The notes: generated by a model from the letters alone, not told the origin. A DNA stretch of 54,827 bases from Candidatus Kuenenia stuttgartensis (GCA_943332855.1 CALQRA010000004.1:1-54827); one strand, 5' to 3'; positions 7,416-17,723 are shown, counted from the first letter of the stretch. Made by a program: numbers and translations.

Positions 7416-10175
7416 ATGCTTAGCCGTTTTCCCGGCGCCCCCCTCCTCAGGCGCGCCCCCCTCCTCGCCATGGTCGCCATGCTCGCCTCCTCGCTCCCCG
7501 CGGCACCTCCCAAGCCGGTCGCCGCCGTCGAAGGGGTGACCGAGTACGTCTTCGACAACGGCGCCCGGCTCGTCCTCTTCCCCGATCCGTCGCGGCCGAC
7601 GATCACGGTCAACATGACGGTCCTCGTCGGCTCGCGGCACGAGGGCTACGGCGAGGCGGGAATGGCCCACCTCCTCGAGCACCTCGTCTTCAAGGGGACG
7701 CCGACCTTCCCGGAGGTGCCGAAGGCGCTGCGCGATCACGGCGCCAGCTTCAACGGCACGACGAACGTCGACCGCACGAACTACTTCGAGACCCTCCCGG
7801 CCAGCGACGAAAACCTCGACTTCGCCATCCATCTCGAGTGCGACCGGCTCGTCAACAGCTTCATCAAGCGGGAGGATCTCCTCTCCGAGTTCACCGTCGT
7901 CCGCAATGAGTTCGAGCGCGGGGAGAACAGCCCCGAGCGAGTTCTCTCGCAGCGCGTTCAGGCGGCGGCCTACGAATGGCACAACTACGGCAAGTCGACG
8001 ATCGGGAACCGCTCCGACATCGAGCGCGTGCCGATCGACAACCTCCGCGACTTCTACGAGCGCTTCTACCAGCCGGACAACGTCGTGCTCATCGTGACGG
8101 GGAAGTTCGAGCCGGCGAAGGCCCTCGAACTGGCGACGAAATACCTCGGCTCGATCCCGAAGCCGACACGGCGGCTGAATGCCACCTACACCGAGGAGCC
8201 GGCCCAGGACGGCGAGCGGACGGTGATCCTGCGCCGCGTCGGCAAGGTTGGTGCGGTGATGGCGGCCTACCACATGCCTGCCTCGGCGCATGCCGACTGG
8301 GCCCCCCTCTCGATGCTCGCGAGCATCCTCACGGAAGACAAGATCGGGCGGCTGGAGAAGAACCTCGTCGAGCCCGCCATCGCCACCAGCGCCAGTGCCT
8401 TTGCCGATGATGCCCACGATCCCGGGCTGTTCTCCTTCATGGCCCAGCCGACCGAGGGGAAGCTCGAGGAGACGGAGAAGGTGCTCCTGGGGATCGCCGA
8501 CAAGGTCGGGGAAACGCCGTTTACGGCCGAGGAGCTCGATCGGGCGAAGGTCCGCACGAAGCGCGGCTACGACAACGCGATCGCCAATGCCGCCTCGATG
8601 GCCCAGGCGCTCTCCTCGGCCGCGGCCCTCGGCGACTGGCGGCTGTGGTTCCTCCAGCGTGACCGGATCACCGCCACGACCGTCGACGACGTCAATCGGG
8701 TGGCGAAAACCTACTTCCATCCCCACAACCGCACCGTCGGGATCTTCATCCCCGCCGAGACCCCCCAGCGGCTCGCCGTGCCGGTGGTCGAGTCGATCGC
8801 TGATCTCGTCAAGGATTACAAGGGCGGGGCTGAGGTCGAGGCGGGGGAAGCGTTCGACCCCAGCCCGGAGACCATCGAGGCCCGGACGCGCGTCATCGAC
8901 CTCGACGGCGTGAAGGTCGCGCTGCTCCAGAAGAAAAACCGGGGCGAGACGGTCACCTTCTCGCTTTCGCTCCATTATGGCAACGAAAAGTCGCTCGCGG
9001 GGCTCGCCACCGCCAGCGGCATGCTCCCCTCGATGCTCATGGCGGGAACGAGCAAATACGACCGGCAGCAGCTGCGGCAGAAGTTCGACGAGCTCGGCGT
9101 CCGCATGGGCGGGGGCGGTCGCCGCGGCGGACGTGGCGGCGGTAGCGGCGGTGCCGGCGTGCTCTCGTTCGGCATGGAGGCGAAGCGGGCGACCCTCCCG
9201 GAGGCGATCCGTCTCCTCGGCGAGGTTCTCCGTGATCCCACCTTCCCGGCCGACGAGCTCGAGCAGATGCGGGCCCAGTCACTCGCGGGCCTGGCGCAGA
9301 TGCAGACCGAGCCGCAGATGCTCGCCGGCGTTGCCCTCGGCCGTGCCCTCTCCGAATACGCCAAAGGTGATGTGCGCTACGCCCGCACCATCGAGGAGAA
9401 CATCGCCGATCTCAAGGCACTCTCGCTCGACGATGTGAAAGCAATCTGGCGCGACCAGCTCGCCGCGGCCACCGGCGAGGTGGCAATCGTCGGCGACTTC
9501 GACCCCGATGCGGCCGTCGCGGAGGTCCGCCAGGCACTCGCCGGCTGGAAGAGCGCCACGCCCTATGAGCGGATCGAGCGAAAGGTGAAGGCCGATGTGA
9601 CGGGGGCCAAGGACGACATCCTCACGCCCGACAAGGCCAACGCCATGTTCACGGCGGGCCTGGCCTTCCCCCTCGACGACGATTCGCCCGACGAGGTGGC
9701 CCTCGAGATCGGCAACTTCATCCTCGGCGGCGGCGCCCTCTCCAGCCGCCTCGGCGATCGGATCCGGCAGAAGGAGGGGCTCTCCTACGGCGTGACATCG
9801 TCGGTGTCGGTCCCCGCGCGCGGGGACGACGCCCGGTTCACGATCAATGCGATCACCAACCCCGCCAACATCGACGCAGTGGAGACCGCGGCGCTGGAGG
9901 AGCTGAAGCGGTTCCTCCAGTCGGGCCCGAGTGAGCAGGAATTGTCCGACGCCAAGACCGCCTGGCTCGAGGCCCGCAAGACCGGCCGCTCGTCCGACGG
10001 CGCGATCGCCGGCCAGCTCGCCGCAAACCTCGATCTCGGCCGCACTTTTGCCCGCGTGGCGGAGGACGAAAAGCGGGTGGAGGCCCTCACGCCGCAGCAG
10101 GTGCAGGATGCCTTCCGCCGCCACATCGACCCCGACAAGCTGATCATCATCCGCGCCGGCGATTTCAAAAAATGA
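7416..10175 (+). CDS. M16 family zinc protease (PqqL-like), exported
   Basis: AGMAHLLEHLVFKGT (HxxEH), NGTTNVDRTNYFE, C-terminal IRQKEGLSYGV; N-terminal signal peptide. Confidence 0.93.
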   Translation: MLSRFPGAPLLRRAPLLAMVAMLASSLPAAPPKPVAAVEGVTEYVFDNGARLVLFPDPSRPTITVNMTVLVGSRHEGYGEAGMAHLLEHLVFKGTPTFPEVPKALRDHGASFNGTTNVDRTNYFETLPASDENLDFAIHLECDRLVNSFIKREDLLSEFTVVRNEFERGENSPERVLSQRVQAAAYEWHNYGKSTIGNRSDIERVPIDNLRDFYERFYQPDNVVLIVTGKFEPAKALELATKYLGSIPKPTRRLNATYTEEPAQDGERTVILRRVGKVGAVMAAYHMPASAHADWAPLSMLASILTEDKIGRLEKNLVEPAIATSASAFADDAHDPGLFSFMAQPTEGKLEETEKVLLGIADKVGETPFTAEELDRAKVRTKRGYDNAIANAASMAQALSSAAALGDWRLWFLQRDRITATTVDDVNRVAKTYFHPHNRTVGIFIPAETPQRLAVPVVESIADLVKDYKGGAEVEAGEAFDPSPETIEARTRVIDLDGVKVALLQKKNRGETVTFSLSLHYGNEKSLAGLATASGMLPSMLMAGTSKYDRQQLRQKFDELGVRMGGGGRRGGRGGGSGGAGVLSFGMEAKRATLPEAIRLLGEVLRDPTFPADELEQMRAQSLAGLAQMQTEPQMLAGVALGRALSEYAKGDVRYARTIEENIADLKALSLDDVKAIWRDQLAAATGEVAIVGDFDPDAAVAEVRQALAGWKSATPYERIERKVKADVTGAKDDILTPDKANAMFTAGLAFPLDDDSPDEVALEIGNFILGGGALSSRLGDRIRQKEGLSYGVTSSVSVPARGDDARFTINAITNPANIDAVETAALEELKRFLQSGPSEQELSDAKTAWLEARKTGRSSDGAIAGQLAANLDLGRTFARVAEDEKRVEALTPQQVQDAFRRHIDPDKLIIIRAGDFKK

Positions 10176-11365
10176 TTCCCGCGGGCATCGCCCCTCCGGC
10201 TCGTTTTGGTGTGGGCCTGGCGCTGGTGGCCGCCAGCGTCGTCGTCCTTTTGCTGGTCCTCCTCTCCCCCGCTGCCGCCCGGGCCGAAGGGCATGAGGAT
10301 CTGCGGGCAACGCTCGATGAAGTCCGTGCCAGGCATGACCTCCCGGCACTCTGGGCAGGGCGATTCCACGCTGACGGTCGGCGGGTGTTCGCGGTCAGCG
10401 GCGTGCGCAAGCATGGTGAAGTCGATCCGGCCCGCCCCGAGGATCTCGTCCACATCGGCTCCTGCACGAAGGCGATGACGGCCGTGATGATCGCTCGGCT
10501 CTGGACTGCCGGGAAGCTCTCCCCCGACACGACGCTCGCCGAGTGCTTCCCCGAGGTCCGCGCAGCCGAAGGGGGAGCGCTCGCCACATCGCGGTGGGGC
10601 AGCGTGACGATCGATGATCTTCTCCGGCACACCAGCGGCGCCCCGGCCAATCCCGATTGGTGGGCCCTCCATCGCGCCCATCCCAGCGACCCGGTTGCAG
10701 CGCGGCGCGGGCTCCTTGAATGGCTCCTCTCCCAACCCCGCCCGGCCGAGCCCGGCTTCCTCTATTCAAATGCCGGCTACGCCCTCCTCGGCCACATCGT
10801 TGAATCGAGCGCGGGGAAGCCGTGGGAAAACCTCGTCGCCGAGGAGGTCTTTCAGCCGCTTGGGATCGGGACGGCCGGCTTTGGCCCCCTGCCGGAGGAG
10901 GGCCGAGCGGGAGCCTGGGGGCATGTCGTGCGGGAGGAAGTCACGGAGCCGGTGAGGATCGACAATCCCCCGCCGCTGGGCCCCGCCGGGCGCGTCCATC
11001 TCTCGATGGAGGATTGGTCGCGCTTCGTCCTCGCCTTCACCGGCGCCAGGAGGGAGGGTGATGAGCCACGTCTCGGCGTGTCGCCCCGCGACTGGGCCCG
11101 CTGGCTCGCGCCCCGCGACGGGGAGCACTACGCCGGCGGCTGGGGGCTCCATGAGCGCGCCTGGGGGGGCGGGCGGGTGCTCTCCCACTCCGGCTCCAAC
11201 ACCACCTGGACCTGCGTGGCCTGGGTGGCTCCGGGGCGCGATTTCTGTCTCCTCGGGGCGACCAACAGCGGCGCCCCTGCCGCGGCGCAGGCCTGCGACG
11301 AGGCGGTCTCGGCCTGCCTCGATCCCCGGCTCCTTCCCTTTGCCGACACCGCAGAACGTCGCTGA
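10172..11365 (+). CDS. Serine hydrolase (class C beta-lactamase-related)
   Basis: GSCTK (SxxK), LLRHTSG, YSN, HSGS motifs; signal peptide; ATGA overlap with the upstream gene. Confidence 0.9.
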   Translation: MIPAGIAPPARFGVGLALVAASVVVLLLVLLSPAAARAEGHEDLRATLDEVRARHDLPALWAGRFHADGRRVFAVSGVRKHGEVDPARPEDLVHIGSCTKAMTAVMIARLWTAGKLSPDTTLAECFPEVRAAEGGALATSRWGSVTIDDLLRHTSGAPANPDWWALHRAHPSDPVAARRGLLEWLLSQPRPAEPGFLYSNAGYALLGHIVESSAGKPWENLVAEEVFQPLGIGTAGFGPLPEEGRAGAWGHVVREEVTEPVRIDNPPPLGPAGRVHLSMEDWSRFVLAFTGARREGDEPRLGVSPRDWARWLAPRDGEHYAGGWGLHERAWGGGRVLSHSGSNTTWTCVAWVAPGRDFCLLGATNSGAPAAAQACDEAVSACLDPRLLPFADTAERR

Positions 11366-11475
11366 CGCACCCGGGGGCTTGCAGCCCCGACAGCGAGCAG
11401 GTCGATTGGTGGTTTGCCGGGCGGCGCCGGTCGTCAGCGGCGCCCCGAGATGGTCCACGGAAAGGAGTCCTGCCA

Positions 11476-12480
11476 ATGCCCCGCCGCGCCGCTACCAGCC
11501 AGAGCGATCCGGTGCCCGAGGCGACTCCGGCCCGGGAGATCCCCGCCAATCTCCTCCTCGAGGGGGACTGCCTCGAATCGCTCGCCGGTCTCCCGGACGG
11601 CTGCGCCCATCTGGCGTTCGCCGATCCACCGTTCAACATCGGCTACGACTACGACACCTACGACGACCGCCGCCCTGCCGACGACTACCTCGCCTGGTCG
11701 AAGCGTTGGATGGGGGAGATCGTCCGTGTTCTGCGTCCCGACGGCACCTTCTGGCTGGCGATCGGCGACGAATACGCCGCCGAGCTGAAGGTGCTGGCGA
11801 CGCGGGAGCTCGGGCTCACCTGCCGCAGTTGGGTGGTGTGGTACTACACGTTCGGCGTCAACTGCCGGCAGAAGTTCAGCCGGTCGCACGCCCACATCTT
11901 CCAGTTTGTCCGCGATCCCGCCACCTTCACCTTCAACACCGAGGCGATCCGCGTTCCGTCGGCGCGCGAGCTCGTCTATGGCGACCGCCGCGCCAATCCC
12001 AACGGCCGTCTCCCCGACGACACCTGGATTCTCCGGCCGCAAGACCTCCCCGAAGGATTTTCCCGCGACGAGGATACCTGGTACTTCCCCCGTGTCTGCG
12101 GGACGTTCAAGGAACGCTCCGGCTGGCACGGCTGCCAGATGCCGGAGCAACTCCTCGGCCGGATCATCCGGGCCTCGAGCCATCCGGGCGACCTCGTCAT
12201 CGATCCCTTCGCGGGGAGCGGCACGACGCTCGCGGTGGCCTCGAAGCTGGGGAGGCGCTATCTCGGCTGCGAGCTCTCGCCGCAGTATGCCGCCCGGATC
12301 CGCCAGCGCCTCGTCTCGGCGCGGCCGGGGGAACCCCTCGACGGCGCGCCGGAGCCTCTCAAGAGCGTCCCCGCCACGAGCGAAGGGCGCCGCGTCGGTG
12401 AGCGGCGGGAGATGAAAAAACCGAGAAAACGCTCGAGCAAGGGGACCGATCCGCGCTTGTTTCCCACCGATCAGCCATGA
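11476..12480 (+). CDS. Site-specific DNA methyltransferase (N6-A/N4-C, beta class)
   Basis: Motif [10 protein letters not shown] near the N-terminus and motif [10 protein letters not shown] near the C-terminus. Confidence 0.92.
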   Translation: MPRRAATSQSDPVPEATPAREIPANLLLEGDCLESLAGLPDGCAHLAFADPPFNIGYDYDTYDDRRPADDYLAWSKRWMGEIVRVLRPDGTFWLAIGDEYAAELKVLATRELGLTCRSWVVWYYTFGVNCRQKFSRSHAHIFQFVRDPATFTFNTEAIRVPSARELVYGDRRANPNGRLPDDTWILRPQDLPEGFSRDEDTWYFPRVCGTFKERSGWHGCQMPEQLLGRIIRASSHPGDLVIDPFAGSGTTLAVASKLGRRYLGCELSPQYAARIRQRLVSARPGEPLDGAPEPLKSVPATSEGRRVGERREMKKPRKRSSKGTDPRLFPTDQP

Positions 12481-12545
12481 TTGAATTCCCCGGGAGTCGG
12501 GAGGGATCCCCCTCCCGATTCCCGCGCCGCTGTTGAGGGCCACGG

Positions 12546-13349
12546 ATGGCAACGTCGAAGTCACGACGCACGGCGCAGGACAAGGCTGTGCCCCCGCCGG
12601 CCACGAAGGGGGACGACCGGCCACCGGCCCCAGCCGCGGGGGGCATTACCGCCGCGCCGGCCGACGGCGGGCTGTCGATCGACCGACTCGCGCGGGCCTT
12701 CGCCTCGATGATGGGGGTGGCCGATCCATATGGCGGCGCAACGCCGGCCGACGGGGATGCCGGTGTCGAGGTCGATCCCTCGCCGAACCTCGACGAGGAT
12801 GATTTCGGGTCGGGGGAGCATGACTCCGCCTGCCGGGTCAGCCCGGCCACAATTCTCGAGGCCCTCCTCTTCGTCGGCCTTCCCGGGGGGGCTCCGCTCG
12901 GGGCCAAGCAGGTCGCCACGCTGATGCGCGGGGTCCGTCCGCAGGAGATCGACGAGATCGCCGCCGACCTGGCCCGCCGGTATCGGGCGAACAACTGCCC
13001 CTATGAGGTCGTGTCGCTCGCCGATGGCTGGGTGATGCGGCTCCGCGAGGAATACACTTCGCTTGGGCGTGTCATCGAGAGCCGGGCCCGGCTCGTGCGC
13101 CTCGACGCCGATGCCCTCGACGTCCTCGCCGTCGTCGCCTGGAATCAACCGGTGGCGCGGGATCGGTTCGTGGAGCTCGGCTGCGACGCCTCGCCGAGCA
13201 TCCTCCGGCTCCTTGTCCGCCGCGGGCTCCTCGAGTTGTCCCCGGGCGACGACGGCGCCCCGAGCTACCGAACGACGAGGAAGTTCCTCGACGTCTTCCA
13301 CCTCACGCGGATCGAAGATCTGCCCGAACCGGACGCCCCGCCGGGGTGA
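12546..13349 (+). CDS. scpB: SMC-Scp complex subunit ScpB with low-complexity N-terminal extension
   Basis: ILEALLFVG, LDVLAVVAWNQPV, YRTTRKFLDVFHL..IEDLP motifs. Confidence 0.85.
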   Translation: MATSKSRRTAQDKAVPPPATKGDDRPPAPAAGGITAAPADGGLSIDRLARAFASMMGVADPYGGATPADGDAGVEVDPSPNLDEDDFGSGEHDSACRVSPATILEALLFVGLPGGAPLGAKQVATLMRGVRPQEIDEIAADLARRYRANNCPYEVVSLADGWVMRLREEYTSLGRVIESRARLVRLDADALDVLAVVAWNQPVARDRFVELGCDASPSILRLLVRRGLLELSPGDDGAPSYRTTRKFLDVFHLTRIEDLPEPDAPPG

Positions 13350-13357
13350 CCCGGTCG

Positions 13358-14635
13358 TCAGCCCGGGGCCCCGCGCTGGGCCAACCAGGCCAGCGCCTCG
13401 GCCGGGGAGGTCAGCAGGCCGTCGAGCTGCAGGGCCCTGATCCGGACAAGCATCTCCCCCAGAGCGGGGCCAGGGTCACAGCCGGCACGGATCAGATCGT
13501 GGCCGCCGAGAAGCGGCGGCGGGTCGAGCTCGGCGCGGGGCCGCAGCAGGCAGGCCGTGGCCCAGGCGGCGAAATCGGCCCCGTGGCCACGGACAGCGGC
13601 GCGGGCCCGGAGGAGGTCGGCCAGGCGCGGAGCATCGCGATGGGCGAGCCAGGGCTGGAGGCTCGACCAAGGGCGGTTCATGGGGCGCTCGTCGACGCTG
13701 CGGGGAGCGAGTTCGTCGAGGGCAGCCCGCAGCCAACAGGCGCCGTTCCCCTCGCGGTTGGAAAGCCGCAGCCGGGCCACGACGCGGGGAAGGGCGGCCG
13801 GCTCCCCCTCGGCGAGGATCGTCAGCGCCGCCTCGAGCGACGGCTCATCGAGGGCCTCGACAACGCGGGCCGAAAGCAGCCAGGGAGAGTCGGTCCCGGC
13901 GGGCCCCTCCGGAGGAGTGAGCTCCGGCAGAACGACCGGCGCCAGCCGCGTCTCGGCGAGGAGCTCGAGGGCCCGGCCGCGTCCGGAGCGGGAGAGCATC
14001 GCCCGCAGTTCGGCGGCGATCCGCTCGGGGCTCACCGTGGCGGCCCGGGGGGCGAGCCGTTCGATCGCGGCGCGGGTCTCGGTATCGAGCACGAAGCCGA
14101 ATCCGGCCGCGAACCGCACCGCCCGCAGCATCCGCAGGTGATCCTCGCCGAAGCGAAGGGCCGGCACCCCGATGGCACGGACGATCCCCGCCTCGAGATC
14201 GGCCCGGCCACCGACATGGTCGTGCACGTCACCAGTCCGGGGGTCCATGAAGAGCCCGTTGATCGTGAAGTCGCGGCGTTTGGCATCCTCGGCGGCAGTC
14301 GAAAAGGCAACGCCGGCAGGGTGCCGGCCATCGGTGTAGGCCGCATCGGTGCGGAACGTCGTCACCTCGACCTGACCGCTCCCCCGCCGCCCGACGACGG
14401 TGATCACCCCAAACGCCGCGCCGACGGCGAGCGTCCGCGCCCGCCCGAACAGCGTGCGAACGACATCCGGCCTGGCCGAGGTGGCGACGTCATAATCGGC
14501 CGGCGTCCGGCCGAGGAGCTCGTCACGAACACACCCTCCAGCCCACAGCGCCTCATGCCCGTCGGCGCGCAGCCGATCGACGACGCTCCGCGCGAACACC
14601 CTCGCCTCGACCGGATCTGATGCAATGGCTGCCAT
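13358..14635 (-). CDS. cca: CCA tRNA nucleotidyltransferase (class II)
   Basis: GGCVRD..L...DYDVAT, EVTTFR, EDAKRRDFTING, EDHLRMLRAVRF, SPERI..E; lacks the GRRF-type poly(A) polymerase signature. Confidence 0.85.
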   Translation of the reverse strand: MAAIASDPVEARVFARSVVDRLRADGHEALWAGGCVRDELLGRTPADYDVATSARPDVVRTLFGRARTLAVGAAFGVITVVGRRGSGQVEVTTFRTDAAYTDGRHPAGVAFSTAAEDAKRRDFTINGLFMDPRTGDVHDHVGGRADLEAGIVRAIGVPALRFGEDHLRMLRAVRFAAGFGFVLDTETRAAIERLAPRAATVSPERIAAELRAMLSRSGRGRALELLAETRLAPVVLPELTPPEGPAGTDSPWLLSARVVEALDEPSLEAALTILAEGEPAALPRVVARLRLSNREGNGACWLRAALDELAPRSVDERPMNRPWSSLQPWLAHRDAPRLADLLRARAAVRGHGADFAAWATACLLRPRAELDPPPLLGGHDLIRAGCDPGPALGEMLVRIRALQLDGLLTSPAEALAWLAQRGAPG

Positions 14636-14648
14636 GGGGATTGTTAAG

Positions 14649-14677
14649 TTGACACGATTCCAGTTCACTCATAAAAT
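14649..14677 (+). promoter_or_regulatory. Near-consensus sigma-70 promoter for the DUF1559 gene
   Basis: TTGACA (14649-14654), 17-nt spacer, TAAAAT (14672-14677) in an AT-rich intergenic patch. Confidence 0.8.
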
Positions 14678-14885
14678 CCAAATGATTCTGGCTTCTGGGG
14701 ATGGTGCCTGAACTTTCCGCGGCATTTTCGCGTACGGAGAGCTGTCACCTTTGGGTTGAAGGGGTTTTTTCTCAATCGGCCGGGCGGTCGTCTGGCCATA
14801 GCCGGGCTGCTGCTCGGCCCCACGTTCTCGTCGAGGCGTCATTCTTCATTTTTTCATGGCTGCCCTAATCGGGTGGAGGTGTTGT

Positions 14886-15974
14886 ATGTCTGTCCGGACC
14901 ATCGGTTCCCATCGACGCGGCTTCACGCTCGTCGAACTGCTCGTCGTGATCGCCATCATCGGCACTCTCGTCGGGCTGCTGCTGCCCGCTGTTCAGTCGG
15001 CCCGTGAGGCTGCCAACCGCAGTTCCTGCGGCAACAAGCTGAAGCAACTCGGCCTCGCGATGCAAAACTTCCACGATTCCCGCAAGGCTCTGCCGGCGGC
15101 GATGGATCGCTATCCCTATTCGGGGACGTCGTTCAACAACACCGAGGGAGCCGCAACCCCGGCCGGGTTCAGCTTCATCACCCACATCCTCCCCTACATG
15201 GAGGAGACGAACCTCTACAACACCCTCTCCGGGGCGACCAACCGCTTCGCGCGTGGATCTACGCCGTTCGGACCGTCGACCGCCAACAACGGCAAGCATC
15301 TGTCGCAGACCGTACTCAGCGGGCTGCTCTGCCCGTCCTTCGGTGGCCAAGGGTTTGTGCAGACGGCTGCCGGCAGCAACTTCAAGTCGATCCTCACCGG
15401 TACGCCCCCGTATGCCCAGATCGCGATCACCAACTACAAGGTGATGTCCGGCATCGGAAGCCAAAGCGCTGCAGGAAGCTTCACCGCCGCGACGACCGAC
15501 AATGGCGCCTGTCCGCTGAAGCCGGCCAAGTTCGCCAACGAGGCTACCGATCCCTGCCCGCTGTTCGGCCAGGGGTTCGCCGCTTTTGGCGACGGCATGT
15601 CAAAGACGTTCATGATCGTTGAGAGTAAGGAAGCCGGCAATAGCTCTTGGATAGACGGCATGCAGTCGCACCTGATCTCAAACTCCGACGACGGAGCGGT
15701 CCCGGTCAACAACAACGGCACTTGGGTCGGCGGCGTGTTGGCCTTGAACTACGGTCCGACAGTGACCGCCCAGGGACGGGTCTGTATGAAACTCAGTAGC
15801 CGCGGCTCGCTCGGCAGCTCCGCTTGGGGCCCGTCCAGTGACCACTCCGGTGGCTTGACGATGCACGGGTACGCCGACGGCCACGGGAGTTCGATTAGCA
15901 ACGACATCGATCCGGCCGTCTACCACGCCCTCACCACCCGCGCCGGCGGTGAGACCGCCAGCGAGGGGAATTAA
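14886..15974 (+). CDS. DUF1559 family prepilin-type (pilin-like) protein
   Basis: [47 protein letters not shown]; DGMSKT; C-terminal H-x(9-10)-DG motif and TRAGGE. Confidence 0.95.
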   Translation: MSVRTIGSHRRGFTLVELLVVIAIIGTLVGLLLPAVQSAREAANRSSCGNKLKQLGLAMQNFHDSRKALPAAMDRYPYSGTSFNNTEGAATPAGFSFITHILPYMEETNLYNTLSGATNRFARGSTPFGPSTANNGKHLSQTVLSGLLCPSFGGQGFVQTAAGSNFKSILTGTPPYAQIAITNYKVMSGIGSQSAAGSFTAATTDNGACPLKPAKFANEATDPCPLFGQGFAAFGDGMSKTFMIVESKEAGNSSWIDGMQSHLISNSDDGAVPVNNNGTWVGGVLALNYGPTVTAQGRVCMKLSSRGSLGSSAWGPSSDHSGGLTMHGYADGHGSSISNDIDPAVYHALTTRAGGETASEGN

Positions 15975-16038
15975 CTCACTGAAAACGGTCACGCTTCGCG
16001 GGCTCACCACCCGCGCCGGCGGTGAGACCGCCAGCGAG
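15930..16038 (+). repeat. Perfect 36-bp direct repeat duplicating the 3' end of the DUF1559 gene
   Basis: CTCACCACCCGCGCCGGCGGTGAGACCGCCAGCGAG at 15930-15965 and 16003-16038, separated by 37 bp. Confidence 0.95.
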
Positions 16039-16088
16039 TGATCGGGTGATGGGTCGCCCGCGATTTCGGCAAACATCTGCCTGAAGCT

Positions 16089-16132
16089 GCGGCAGCCGGG
16101 GGGGCCTCCCTCCGGCTGCCGCTCTTTTTTTT
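16089..16132 (+). terminator. Rho-independent terminator
   Basis: GCGGCAGCCGG...CCGGCTGCCGC stem followed by TCTTTTTTTT. Confidence 0.88.
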
Positions 16133-16221
16133 GGTTCATCGGCAACGTGGCGTTGCCCGTTGCTCTTCGCCAATGCATCCTGGAGGCAAATTTGAGTCAT
16201 CCTTCCCGGAGACGTTGCGCG

Positions 16222-16575
16222 ATGAGTGACCCCCGCCCCGATGAAGTGCCCCTCGAGATCTCCCCTCTGGAAGCCGCCGAGATCCTCGCCGCCCCCACCG
16301 AGCCCTGTCTCCTTCTCGACTGCCGCACGCCCGAAGAACATGCCACCGCCCGGATCGAGGGCGCCGTACTCCTGCCGATGCAGGAGATCGCCGCTCGCGT
16401 TGGGGAACTGGAGGCCTGGCGCGGCAGGACGATCGTTGTCCACTGCCATCACGGCGTCCGCAGCCTCCGGGTCACGCAATGGCTGCGGGAGCGCGGATTC
16501 GCTTCCGCCACGAGCCTGCGGGGGGGAATCAATGCCTGGAGCGCCGAGATCGATCCTTCTGTGCCGGTCTACTGA
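16222..16575 (+). CDS. Rhodanese-like domain protein
   Basis: LLDCRTPEEH...RIEGA, VVHCHHGVRS, SLRGGINAWS..IDPSVPVY. Confidence 0.92.
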   Translation: MSDPRPDEVPLEISPLEAAEILAAPTEPCLLLDCRTPEEHATARIEGAVLLPMQEIAARVGELEAWRGRTIVVHCHHGVRSLRVTQWLRERGFASATSLRGGINAWSAEIDPSVPVY

Positions 16576-17723
16576 ATGGCGGGGCTTTGGCCGCCCGGGT
16601 CAGCCCCGAGCAGCCGATCGAGGAGCTCCAGATGCCGCGGCAGAAAAGGAACGGCGCCATCGAGGAGCCCCGGCTCCCCGGCCTCCGGGATGAGTTGGGC
16701 GATCACGGCGCCGACGAGGTCCACGATCCCGGCGCCGCTGCGTGACGAAGTGGCGATGACCCCCGCAGGAACGACGACCCCGGGCCACTGATCGGCTTTC
16801 GACCAGACGACGAGGCCGGCGGGCTCCGGCACCGGTTCCCCGACCTCGACGACCTCCACAACGAGATCGGCAGCCGCCGCGGCCGCCAGGGCGCGGGCGA
16901 TCCCGGCGCGCTCGGTCGCCCCCGATGCTTCCGAATCGCGATCGCGGAGGCCGGCGGTGTCGACGAGCACCACGCTCCACCCGCCGAGGACGACCGCTGT
17001 CTCGATCACGTCCCGAGTCGTTCCCGGCCGGGGGGAGACGAGGCTCCGGGCGTGGCCGGCGAGGACATTGACGAGACTGCTCTTGCCGGCGTTCACCCTC
17101 CCGCTGACAACGACGCGCCACGGCTCCGCCAACCGCAGACCGACCCGCGCGGCCCGCCGGAGGCGATCGGCACGCCGTCGGGCGCTGTCCGCTTCGCCCT
17201 GCCCCACCAGCGTTGCGATCCCCGCCAGCTCGCGGTCGAGCGCACCGGCCAGTTGCCGGCAGAGGATCCGCGCTCCGCGCGGGGCATCGACGGCGGCCAA
17301 CAGGGAGAGCGCCTCGGCGGCCACCGTCGCAGCACCGTCGGTGTGCCATGCCCCGGAGGGGACGCGCTCGGCCCCGAGGCGCACGAGGTCTGCGAAGACC
17401 GCATCCGCTGCGGCGTTCCCTCCGTGGCACTGCACCTCCCAACCGCCGGGCCCGCGGACGACGAGCACCTCCTCGGCCGCCAGCCCCCCCGGCTCGCTGC
17501 CGTGGCCACGCCATCGTCCGACACCGATCCGCCCGATCTCCCAGGCGTCGACGGGAAGGCTCCCCCGCGGCAGGAAGAGCGCCGCCACCATCGGCGTCGC
17601 CTCTGGCCCGCGCAGCCCCACGACCGCGAGCGCGCCCCGGCCAGGGGGCGTGAGGAGGGCGACGGCGGTAGCCGACGGACGGGCTGGCCACGCGCCGGGG
17701 GGAGGGCTAGAACGTTGCGGCAC
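16569..17723 (-). CDS. MnmE/TrmE-like tRNA modification GTPase (short form)
   Basis: LLTPPGRGALAVV, EVQCHGG, G1 GRVNAGKSS, G2 PGTTRD, G3 DTAG, G4 SKAD; start uncertain (GTG 17723 or ATG 17750/17753). Confidence 0.8.
   Translation of the reverse strand: MPQRSSPPPGAWPARPSATAVALLTPPGRGALAVVGLRGPEATPMVAALFLPRGSLPVDAWEIGRIGVGRWRGHGSEPGGLAAEEVLVVRGPGGWEVQCHGGNAAADAVFADLVRLGAERVPSGAWHTDGAATVAAEALSLLAAVDAPRGARILCRQLAGALDRELAGIATLVGQGEADSARRRADRLRRAARVGLRLAEPWRVVVSGRVNAGKSSLVNVLAGHARSLVSPRPGTTRDVIETAVVLGGWSVVLVDTAGLRDRDSEASGATERAGIARALAAAAAADLVVEVVEVGEPVPEPAGLVVWSKADQWPGVVVPAGVIATSSRSGAGIVDLVGAVIAQLIPEAGEPGLLDGAVPFLPRHLELLDRLLGADPGGQSPAIQ

Noticed and set aside
13358-14635. Poly(A) polymerase (pcnB) assignment
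   Set aside because: The segment carrying the G(R/K)(R/K)F signature in PAP reads VGAAFG, favouring a CCA-adding enzyme
15930-16038. Mini CRISPR array (36-bp hairpin-forming repeat, 37-bp spacer)
   Set aside because: Only two copies, the first is the coding end of the DUF1559 gene, and there are no cas genes or leader; better explained as a gene-end duplication
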